Made by a program: the position numbers and the translations under genes. Of a stretch of 64,000 bases of DNA, positions 8,062-15,177 are shown one piece after another. The notes beneath the pieces are model-generated. The model was given only the letters and a program-made list of their open reading frames with translations, was not told where the DNA came from and made no database searches. Origin of the DNA: Pseudomonadota bacterium (GTDB lineage Bacteria; Pseudomonadota; Gammaproteobacteria; Burkholderiales; Gallionellaceae); contig JAZJXX010000019.1 in the NCBI GenBank assembly GCA_040390665.1, forward strand, positions 76,254 through 140,253, read 5' to 3'. Every line of letters begins with the position of its first letter. Within the stretch, counting starts at the first letter, position 1.

Positions 8062-8088
8062 TAAAGCCCTCGGGAGAGGGCTTATTTT
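8062..8088. terminator. Probable bidirectional intrinsic terminator
   Basis: taaAGCCCTC-ggga-GAGGGCTtatttt between convergent genes. Confidence 0.75.
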
Positions 8089-8095
8089 GACTCTG

Positions 8096-8254
8096 CTACG
8101 CTGTCGTGTGCTGCCTAACATCAATTTCTACGCTCTTCGATGCCGCCATATAAGCCTGTTGCAGCACGTTCGGGTAACTCTCAATGATCACACCGCTTTC
8201 GATTGCTTGCTCAATCTCCTCGTCCCCAAGATTGGCGACCGTTGAAATCACCAT
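8096..8254 (-). CDS. Small acidic hypothetical protein (52 aa)
   Basis: ORF MVISTVANLGDEEIEQAIESG... directly after the ankyrin gene; weak support. Confidence 0.3.
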   Translation of the reverse strand: MVISTVANLGDEEIEQAIESGVIIESYPNVLQQAYMAASKSVEIDVRQHTTA

Positions 8255-8286
8255 TGATTTATTAATTATCGAACCCCATTTTCTAT

Positions 8287-9051
8287 TTACTTCCGTTTCT
8301 TGTACTCAAAATCCGCGCCACGCTCCTTCAATATGGCGATCACTTTTTCTTTCCAGGGTTGCATTTTTGTGTTATCCGGCATCGGCATATGAGAAATCTC
8401 CGTAGCCAATTTATCTAACCCGGCCGTCAGTCCATGCTCGAGACAGTAAGCGATAATATCAAATCGAATAAGTACTAGTGCTCTATTCGCCGCAGTGCCT
8501 TCATATTTATCCTGCCAGTTGATATCGAGCCCGTGCTGCAAAAGGATTTGAATATTTTCCATGCGGCCCTGCCGAGCTGCAGTGAAGGAAATTCTCGCCT
8601 CCCCTGTAACTATGTCCGGCGCAATCAAATTGGGATTGCCGTGATGTTTCAGTAGCAATTTTAAAATCTCGGGCTTGTCGCCGCCGGCAGCGGCATACAT
8701 GGGCGACACCTGACGTTTGGGTGCCACATAGTTCGGGTCGGCGCCGGCTTTCAGCATGTATTCCAGACGTTGAACCTCCCAGCGCGTGCCGCCCATGATC
8801 CACAGCAAGGGAGTGATTTCCTCTTCACCGTTCATATTGACCTGTGCACCTTGTGCCAACAGGCGATCGGCTTTGGCATAATCGTCGTGCTCGATGGCAG
8901 TAACCCACTCTGCTGTGGCTTTATCATGGAACGCCTGTAGCGCCGTCATCCCGCCTACCTGGGTTTCCGCACAAACTGTTGTTACCATCGTCATCCCCAC
9001 CGTTAATAGGGCAATTCGCCAGCATTTAATAACACACGCTATTTGAGGCAT
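8287..9051 (-). CDS. Secreted ankyrin-repeat protein (phage accessory gene)
   Basis: GGGGA SD, N-terminal signal-like segment, repeats ITPLLW..LKAGADPN, SPMYAAA..LLKHHGNPN, LLQHGLDIN. Confidence 0.88.
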   Translation of the reverse strand: MPQIACVIKCWRIALLTVGMTMVTTVCAETQVGGMTALQAFHDKATAEWVTAIEHDDYAKADRLLAQGAQVNMNGEEEITPLLWIMGGTRWEVQRLEYMLKAGADPNYVAPKRQVSPMYAAAGGDKPEILKLLLKHHGNPNLIAPDIVTGEARISFTAARQGRMENIQILLQHGLDINWQDKYEGTAANRALVLIRFDIIAYCLEHGLTAGLDKLATEISHMPMPDNTKMQPWKEKVIAILKERGADFEYKKRK

Positions 9052-9066
9052 CGTGATTGTTGTCCC

Positions 9067-9330
9067 CTAATCGGAATGTTCTGCAAATAATTGTCTGTGA
9101 CCGCCATTGTTGTAATTCAAATTATATAGCAATGAATTATTGACCGAACTCATGAAATGCAGATCGAAAGCGCTGCCGAGGCGACCACCGAACGACATCG
9201 AATTATCGATGCACCTCATGCATCCGCTTGATTGCATGCTGCCGATAATAGCTTCATCCGAGGTTCTTTTGCAGTTTGAGCCGTTTCTCGTTGCTTTAGC
9301 GATCAGCTGAACTCTGTCAACCGAAATTAC
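9067..9330 (-). pseudogene. Possible 3' remnant of a toxin/lipase gene upstream of the ankyrin gene
   Basis: Stop-free frame with no convincing start, ending ...GSAFDLHFMSSVNNSLLYNLNYNNGGHRQLFAEHSD* 15 nt before the ankyrin ATG. Confidence 0.3.
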
Positions 9331-9554
9331 CGTTTCCTGAAAAAATTCCTCAAAGCCCGTTCCACCACCTGCGACTTGGTTTCATCCCGCGCCAGCATGA
9401 ACCCATTCAGCCGGGTGATGATCTCCGGCGCAACCAGAACCGTTAAAGTCTTCTTACCTGTCCGCGCGCGGAATGCAGCTACCCGCGCAGCATCGCTTTC
9501 ATACTTAGCCTCGCGCCCGCCGCGCACCCTTTTTCCTTCTCTGGTTATCCTCAA
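9327..9554 (-). CDS. Ribbon-helix-helix (CopG/Arc-like) regulator
   Basis: TTG start with AGGAGG SD; KTLTVLV..EI..RL.......ETKSQVVERAL RHH pattern. Confidence 0.8.
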   Translation of the reverse strand: MRITREGKRVRGGREAKYESDAARVAAFRARTGKKTLTVLVAPEIITRLNGFMLARDETKSQVVERALRNFFRKR

Positions 9555-9580
9555 AATAGCCTCCTGGACTGAACGTTAAA

Positions 9581-9593
9581 TGTAACGATTACA
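9581..9593. promoter_or_regulatory. Candidate RHH operator
   Basis: Inverted repeat TGTAA-cga-TTACA just upstream of the RHH gene. Confidence 0.45.
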
Positions 9594-9681
9594 ACTACCG
9601 CGTCTTTACCTATCATTTCTAGATTGTGAGCCCGCCGTTGATTTACTCTACGGTGCAGACACTAGGTTCAAGCTATCCATC

Positions 9682-9922
9682 ACTCCTGAGTTGCTCGCCC
9701 TGCGACATCCGCTCATAGCCGGAAAACAATGCAAGTGGTTGGTGCGGCCAGCGCGGAAGGCGGCTTTTTGCCTGAGCACTGCCACGGCCACTTGCAAGCA
9801 CGCAATCGAACAGGCGCGCCTGCGCGCTTCCACGCGCCGACAAAAAAGTGCGAAGCACAACCATCGTGCGTTTGTTTTTTGGCTATGAGAGGATTCGCGT
9901 CTAGGGCGGGTAGCTCAGGAGT
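9682..9922. other. Large structured intergenic element (candidate minus-strand origin or packaging signal)
   Basis: 9682-9729 pairs imperfectly with 9872-9922; inner stem TGCAAGTGG(9730-9738)/CCACTTGCA(9788-9796). Confidence 0.55.
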
Positions 9923-10088
9923 AACGCAGATGCGAAATGCTGCACGTCGAGGCAAAAAAGAAGCTCGGCGTAGCCGACTACCTGGACAGCAGATTCATCC
10001 GCTGGCCGCCAGAACAGTAGGAGTGTTTCCAGGTGGTGCCAGTTGGCACGACCGTAAATAGGTGATGGTTAGCCATGACCGGGATTAG

Positions 10089-10107
10089 GTGTCAACAGAG
10101 TGTCAAC
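10089..10107. repeat. Integrase arm-type direct repeat
   Basis: GTGTCAAC twice with 11-bp periodicity, ~100 nt inside the att core. Confidence 0.5.
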
Positions 10108-10210
10108 GCCGTAGTTTTACAACGGGGCATTACTGTAGTGTGGAATTTTTTAAGTATCTGTAGTCTTTGGTCTAGTGCTGTAAAGTGCAGCGAGTGAGTT
10201 CAAAGATATT

Positions 10211-10258
10211 GGACTCATAATCCCTTGGTCGCTGGTTCGAGTCCAGCACGACCCACCA
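10211..10258 (+). repeat. att site: 3' half of tRNA-Ile2 (CAT anticodon)
   Basis: GGACTCATAATCCCTTGGTCGCTGGTTCGAGTCCAGCACGACCCACCA resembles the 3' half of ileX; no 5' acceptor/D arm upstream, so it is not an intact tRNA. Confidence 0.9.
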
Positions 10259-10290
10259 ATTAGTAATCCAAGCAGTCCGATGTTGTATCT

Positions 10291-10315
10291 AAGCCCGTAT
10301 AACAGCGGGCTTTTT
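10291..10315 (+). terminator. Intrinsic terminator after the tRNA fragment
   Basis: AAGCCCG-tataacag-CGGGCTTTTT. Confidence 0.7.
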
Positions 10316-10410
10316 ACTTGCGAGTCTTCTGATGTAGTCTTATCCATCCATTGACATCTGTCCCGTGAGTGGGCAACATTTGAGGCAGGCCTCTAACGAG
10401 AATTGGTCAA

Positions 10411-10443
10411 ATGCCCCTGACCGATACAATGGGGCGCCAGTAA
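10411..10443 (+). pseudogene. P4-type integrase N-terminal stub
   Basis: ATGCCCCTGACCGATACA = MPLTDT, the typical start of P4-like integrases, ~150 nt after the tRNA end, then a stop after 10 codons. Confidence 0.55.
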
Positions 10444-10453
10444 TGGGGAGTAA

Positions 10454-10621
10454 ATGAAAACTGCAAAAGATCAAAAGTTTGAACAGAAAAATAATCCCGG
10501 CAAGGGGGGCGATGGGATGGCTTTGGGAGAACTTGCTACAGTGTTGTGGCTAGGAGGATTCTTCCTGGCAATAATCAGTTTTACTGTCTGGATTATTATC
10601 AGCCTGTGGCGATCAACCTGA
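10454..10621 (+). CDS. Small single-TM protein (55 aa)
   Basis: GGGGAG SD; MKTAKDQKFEQK...LWLGGFFLAIISFTVWIIISLWRST. Confidence 0.5.
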   Translation: MKTAKDQKFEQKNNPGKGGDGMALGELATVLWLGGFFLAIISFTVWIIISLWRST

Positions 10622-10729
10622 TTATTTTGCATTGGTCATGCATCTGCAATAGTGCAGTATTACCTTCGGAATATACGGTAGGCCTATGTATAGCGGATGA
10701 GTCGAAATAGTCTTGTTAAGGGAATTACA

Positions 10730-10900
10730 ATGAGCCTGACATTTGAAGAAGTTAAGTCTATTGCTTGTGCTATCGCTATTGTAAATAGACATTCCGACCC
10801 GGTCGGCTACGCTGCAGATGTTGCAAACGCCTGGCATCCGTCGCCAATAAATGATGTTTCTAACGCAGATTCAACAGAGGGCAATAACTCTTCACCATAA
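10730..10900 (+). CDS. Small hypothetical protein
   Basis: AAGGGA SD before ATG 10730; 56 aa. Confidence 0.4.
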   Translation: MSLTFEEVKSIACAIAIVNRHSDPVGYAADVANAWHPSPINDVSNADSTEGNNSSP

Positions 10901-11240
10901 AATTTGCCTGCCGGAAGTTTTGCCGCACGCTCCTGGAATATGGCTTGAAGCTGAGATTCCATGGTTTCCGGGGCCTGGGTTGCGTACGCTTTTTTTCTGG
11001 CTCACCAATCCCGGTTGAGCCGTCAGCTTTGACAACCTGTATGGAGAGGTGTTTTTCCGGTGGATATAGGGTACAGATACCATACCTCGCCATGAGCGAA
11101 ATCCGCTGTTTTCCTTGTTCGCTTCTGCCCACCCACGCTGTTTTCGTAGCAAAATTGAGTGGACGTACGTCCAGCTAGGTGTACGCATAACGGCTGGCGC
11201 ACAGTTTTATCTATATTCAAGTCGATAAGGTTGGGAAATT

Positions 11241-12263
11241 GTGTATGAAGATCTGAAGAAAACGAAATTGATTGTCGATCTATTGCGTCAGACCTCTAAT
11301 TTGCAGGTAGTGAGGGAATTTCTGAAAGCCAAGGGGGTCGCCAGCTCGGGCAACTGGGACGATATATTCAGTAAACGTATCGAGCCGGCGGTTGCTGCCT
11401 ATAAAATAACAAACGCCGACTTGATCGCTCTCCTGCGTTCGGTAGAGGAGTGCGGACGCCAGCATATATTTCTTTATACTTGTCCATCATCTCAAGCAAT
11501 TGAATTGATGGAAAGGCATCGTATATCTGGCATATTGAAAAAGCGCGGCCAAGTGGATTTATTGACCCATCCTCGAGTGTTGGATCAGCCACAAATACCT
11601 GAACTCGCTGATGTGCGGTGGGATACTGCTGATGTTGACATCAGCGTTACGATTAAAGAGATTGAATCCCGGGAATTTCATTACTTTATAGGCACCGAGC
11701 TACATGACGGCAATATTCATAAAGTTTATGGGCGGCAATTTCAGCGTGCGGTTAATGTGGCTAAGCTACACCGCGATGGATTACTTGAAATCAGATTGGC
11801 TTCACTCGCCAATACCAGCAAATATGAGGCTGCCATCCGTCGGTTCTGGAAACAGATTAATGATCTGATTCCACTCGATGGTTTTACCGAGCTTTCACTT
11901 TCTCCTGCCAAGGATAGGCTCTGGGTTGAACGTGTGCCACTGGCGAAACTGATACGCTATAGCGATTCAACTGTGCGGGACGATGCGGGCAATGTATTGC
12001 GGGCGGCGGCGGGCTCCGATAAAGATGACTTAAATCATAAGGTAGCGGTTGGCCAAAGTCTGGACTTTCTTCTGCAAACAGATAAGAATGCCTATTGTGA
12101 GGGCGCAAATATCTGGTTTAAGAAAGCGGATGGTCTCTCGGCAGAAAGCCATGTTTTATTAAACGGTGACTCGAATGAGTTTGCACTTCCAGCCAACTGT
12201 AGCGAGGCGGATTACAACTATGTCCTCAGCCAACTTAGATACTTTAATCGCAGAGTTCCCTGA
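11241..12263 (+). CDS. Hypothetical protein (340 aa) with SAP-like N-terminal motif
   Basis: Long ORF; VVREFLKAKGVASSGNWDDIFSKRI resembles a SAP motif. Confidence 0.85.
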   Translation: MYEDLKKTKLIVDLLRQTSNLQVVREFLKAKGVASSGNWDDIFSKRIEPAVAAYKITNADLIALLRSVEECGRQHIFLYTCPSSQAIELMERHRISGILKKRGQVDLLTHPRVLDQPQIPELADVRWDTADVDISVTIKEIESREFHYFIGTELHDGNIHKVYGRQFQRAVNVAKLHRDGLLEIRLASLANTSKYEAAIRRFWKQINDLIPLDGFTELSLSPAKDRLWVERVPLAKLIRYSDSTVRDDAGNVLRAAAGSDKDDLNHKVAVGQSLDFLLQTDKNAYCEGANIWFKKADGLSAESHVLLNGDSNEFALPANCSEADYNYVLSQLRYFNRRVP

Positions 12264-12576
12264 AGAAAAGGATGCTGTTGACCGGCTGGCGCGTATCCTA
12301 GATTCAAAGCCGGTGTCGGGTGCCATACGCGAACTCACCGTGCAGCGTTTGTATGACCTGATTCATCCGTCTTCCCAGCGGGTGCTGGCTAAAATCCTTG
12401 AGCGCCTTGTTCAACAGGGAGTCGTTGAGCAAGTTGTTCGTGTGGAATCCGATGCGCTTGGAGGAATAGGGGATTTCAATTCAATCATAGAGGTTCCGCC
12501 TGTTCTTTTCGATAGCAGAACCGGGCGCAATATCGAAGTCAGGTTTGACCAAATACGCTTGATCTACAAGTTATAG
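12220..12576 (+). CDS. Hypothetical protein (118 aa), winged-helix-like
   Basis: Overlaps the upstream gene by 44 nt; helix-helix-helix (LAKILERLVQQGVV) followed by beta hairpin pattern. Confidence 0.75.
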   Translation: MSSANLDTLIAEFPEEKDAVDRLARILDSKPVSGAIRELTVQRLYDLIHPSSQRVLAKILERLVQQGVVEQVVRVESDALGGIGDFNSIIEVPPVLFDSRTGRNIEVRFDQIRLIYKL

Positions 12577-12588
12577 CTGCATTGGCCC

Positions 12589-13452
12589 ATGCCGCTGTCT
12601 GGTCTCAAACAATTTCGTCTCTGGCTTGAAAGTTTTCCTGCTGAGCAGAAGCTCCCTCTGATACAAGAATTTCTGCGAGGAATTGACGATCCGGAAAAAC
12701 GCGCCTTAACAGAGATTTTTCTAATCCAGGGGCAACTTGAAACAAGAAAGCAAATTGTAGTGTTGATACATGGCATCCTGTCTCACGGAGTCTGGCAGGA
12801 GCGGCTCGTGCATATGTTTGCTGAAGCTGATATAGAGGCGCATGCAATTGGTTTCGGATATTTGGATATATTAACGTTCTGGTCGCCAGTTTTCACGAGA
12901 AAGAGTTCCATCAAGCGGGTTTTGCGCGAGCTCAGGAATCTTCGTGCAGCCAATCCAACTGCGGACATTTCAGTTGTTGCCCATAGTTATGGAACTTACA
13001 TAATTTCAAGAATTCTGGGCGAGGAAATGGATATAAAAATTCATCGCCTGCAACTTTGTGGCTCTATACTTCCTCAAGACTATCGCTGGGATAAGGCACT
13101 AGCCGGGGTAACCGGGACGGTTGTTAATGATGTCGGGACGGACGATATCTGGCCGGTGATGGCTAAACTCGCATCGTGGGGATATGGAGTCAGTGGAACA
13201 TTTGGATTCAAAACGATACGCGTGATTGATAGATTTCACCCTTGCAGCCATAATGATTTTTTCAAAGAGGAACATGTGAAAGCGTACTGGTTACCGTTTC
13301 TTATTTACGGGCAAGTGGTTCGCTCCAAGTGGACTCAGGAGCGGCCTGACCCCGGCTTGGGCATTACTTTGCTTAGCTGGTTACCGCTTAAGACTATTGT
13401 TGGGATCATTGCGTCAATTTGGCTCAGCTATAAGGTGGTTAGCTATTTTTAA
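12589..13452 (+). CDS. Alpha/beta hydrolase with C-terminal TM
   Basis: VVLIHGI oxyanion motif, AHSYG nucleophile elbow, candidate Asp (DDIWP) and His (HNDFF), hydrophobic C-terminal tail. Confidence 0.88.
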   Translation: MPLSGLKQFRLWLESFPAEQKLPLIQEFLRGIDDPEKRALTEIFLIQGQLETRKQIVVLIHGILSHGVWQERLVHMFAEADIEAHAIGFGYLDILTFWSPVFTRKSSIKRVLRELRNLRAANPTADISVVAHSYGTYIISRILGEEMDIKIHRLQLCGSILPQDYRWDKALAGVTGTVVNDVGTDDIWPVMAKLASWGYGVSGTFGFKTIRVIDRFHPCSHNDFFKEEHVKAYWLPFLIYGQVVRSKWTQERPDPGLGITLLSWLPLKTIVGIIASIWLSYKVVSYF

Positions 13453-13614
13453 TTTCTAAGTGCGTTATCTATTGCGTGATGTGGTTATAGGTGCAAGATA
13501 GTCAATCGAGCGGCTCATGACATTGCTGGCCTACTCAAGGTTGTTCGGTACTAAAAATGTATCAACTGAACTACAATATCCTCAACATACCTAAAGTTAA
13601 ATCAGGAGAGAGTC

Positions 13615-13683
13615 ATGGGAAGTAAGGACAAGAAAAAGGAATCAAAAGGAAAAAAACCCCAGCCTAAACCGGTAGGTAAGTAA
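13615..13683 (+). CDS. 22-aa Lys-rich peptide
   Basis: AGGAG SD; MGSKDKKKESKGKKPQPKPVGK. Confidence 0.45.
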   Translation: MGSKDKKKESKGKKPQPKPVGK

Positions 13684-13872
13684 CTGCACTGTATATGGCA
13701 GCGCAGCTCTACTAGCTTGGTTCAGGCAGGGCATAAATTACTTGTTGGTTGAGCTGCAGGCGGAAGCTTGGTGTCGGTACGAAAATACAATCAAATCTGT
13801 TGTAAAATTTTATTAGTTTACAAACACTTGTATTTATATTCAATTTTTCCGCAAAAATAATTAAAAAAAGCC

Positions 13873-13899
13873 TAAAGTTTTTTATCATTCCGCCGATGA
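13873..13899 (+). promoter_or_regulatory. Sigma-28 promoter upstream of flhD
   Basis: TAAAGTTT-N11-GCCGATGA. Confidence 0.8.
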
Positions 13900-14102
13900 C
13901 CATGTACAGACTTAAATTTGCATCCCCCCTGCAAATTGATTTTTCAAGTTCTGTCCACCCTCCAGCTGCAGCTGGAGGGTGTTCTTGTCATCAGGTAGGA
14001 AGTTTACCTACAGAGAATATGGAACTCTTCCGATTTCCTCCTTTTCCTTTCCCGGAGCAAAATGCAACTGTCGATAGAGACAGTGTTTTAGCGGGGGACG
14101 AG

Positions 14103-14423
14103 ATGAATACCAATCAAATGCATGAAGAAATCAAGGAAGCAAATCTTTCTTATATGTTGCTCGCGCGGCAAATGATTCAGGAAGACCAAGCCGCTGCTAT
14201 CTTCCGGCTTGGCATTAGCAAAGAAATGGCCGATCTGATTGCCGGCTTAAGCCCCGCTCAGTTGCTCAAAATGGCGGCCTCCAATATGCTGCTGTGCCGT
14301 TTCCGTTTCGATGAGAAGCTGCTTTTAAATATGATTACTGATTACAACAAGGACAGAATGATGTCGCAAGCTCATACGACCATTCTGATGACTGGACGGC
14401 CGATGGAAGTGCTGGCCGCCTGA
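14103..14423 (+). CDS. flhD: Flagellar master regulator FlhD
   Basis: IKEANLSYMLLARQMI, AAAIFRLGIS, LLCRFRFD; SD before ATG 14103. Confidence 0.95.
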   Translation: MNTNQMHEEIKEANLSYMLLARQMIQEDQAAAIFRLGISKEMADLIAGLSPAQLLKMAASNMLLCRFRFDEKLLLNMITDYNKDRMMSQAHTTILMTGRPMEVLAA

Positions 14424-14445
14424 AACGATCAGTAGTGGAGGCGTC

Positions 14446-15003
14446 ATGCGCAATAAAAGCGTAATAACCGAAGCTTATCAGATACAGGTGGCGGTAAAGC
14501 TAATCGAATTGGGCGCCCGCCTGCAGCTGTTGCAAGAAGAAACTTCGTTGAGCCGTGAGAGGTTACTCAAGCTGTACAAAGAGGTCAGGGGCGTTTCTCC
14601 TTCCAAGGGTATGCTACCTTACTCGACGGACTGGTTTATGAGTTGGTCCCCCAATATTCATTCCTCGCTGTTCATGGATATCCACCAGTTTCTGGTCGCG
14701 CACGCTGAGTTGTCCGGGGTTGAGGCGCTGGTTAAGGCATATTGCCTGTATCTGGAGCAAATCAATGTCAGCGGTGATGAAGCTGTCCTAAGCATAACCC
14801 GTGCGTGGTTTCTGGTACGCTTTTTTGATGCGAAAATGTTGCAACTGACTGGGTGTACAGAATGCACCGGGCATTTTGTAGTGCATGCCGACGAATTATA
14901 TGCGAACTATATCTGCGGCATTTGCCGGCCCCCTTCGCGTGCAGGTAAAACCAACAAGAATGGGCGCCGTTCTGTTTCGCTAAATACATCTCCCGCCATC
15001 TAA
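14446..15003 (+). CDS. flhC: Flagellar master regulator FlhC
   Basis: LIELGARLQ, KGMLPYSTDWF, CxxC...CxxC PPSRAGK. Confidence 0.97.
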   Translation: MRNKSVITEAYQIQVAVKLIELGARLQLLQEETSLSRERLLKLYKEVRGVSPSKGMLPYSTDWFMSWSPNIHSSLFMDIHQFLVAHAELSGVEALVKAYCLYLEQINVSGDEAVLSITRAWFLVRFFDAKMLQLTGCTECTGHFVVHADELYANYICGICRPPSRAGKTNKNGRRSVSLNTSPAI

Positions 15004-15027
15004 AGTTTTTTCCTGTTCCACCGATAG
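15001..15027 (+). promoter_or_regulatory. Sigma-28 promoter upstream of motA
   Basis: TAAAGTTT-N11-ACCGATAG. Confidence 0.75.
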
Positions 15028-15177
15028 CCTGATATTGTGCGCCGGTGGATTATTACCTTTCCCCTGAAACGGATGACTAGTACGTCGGCGATTCCCCGGA
15101 TGGGGGATGAAGCTGATGTGATACCCTATCACCCAGTTGCACAGCAACATAAACATAATAATTAAGGGGCGTGGGTT

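Larger units (their letters stand above)
1..10258. mobile_element. Filamentous (inovirus-type) prophage, left boundary outside window
   Basis: Colinear repressor/xis-like switch, gII/X Rep, SSB, major coat, pIII-like, DUF2523 and Zot genes; ends at a tRNA 3' fragment preceded by arm-like direct repeats. Including 1-1900 in the element is inferred from the duplicated repressor tail. Confidence 0.9.
10259..13500. mobile_element. Decayed tRNA-associated island carrying a three-gene cargo
   Basis: Visibly AT-richer than the core, starts with an integrase stub, contains only non-housekeeping ORFs; right boundary not marked. Confidence 0.55.

Noticed and set aside
8108-8119. GTTAGGCAGCAC on the minus strand, resembling a cassette start
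   Set aside because: No L boxes or R'' at suitable spacing; a lone 7-mer is expected by chance.
9903-9920. tRNA-like 5' start GGGCGGGTAGCTCAGG
   Set aside because: No cloverleaf follows; it is the right arm of the 9682-9922 inverted repeat.
10180-10258. Intact tRNA-Met/Ile gene
   Set aside because: No 5' acceptor strand or D arm upstream of 10211; it is only an att fragment.
1-14000. dif/XerCD integration site for the inovirus
   Set aside because: No 28-bp dif-like sequence found; the nearest partial XerD-like match (~13592) lacks a XerC arm.
13896-14102. N-terminal extensions called by the track for FlhD (also pIII from 5201, coat from 4737, MurA from 60529)
   Set aside because: Better SD sites and family N-termini occur at downstream starts.
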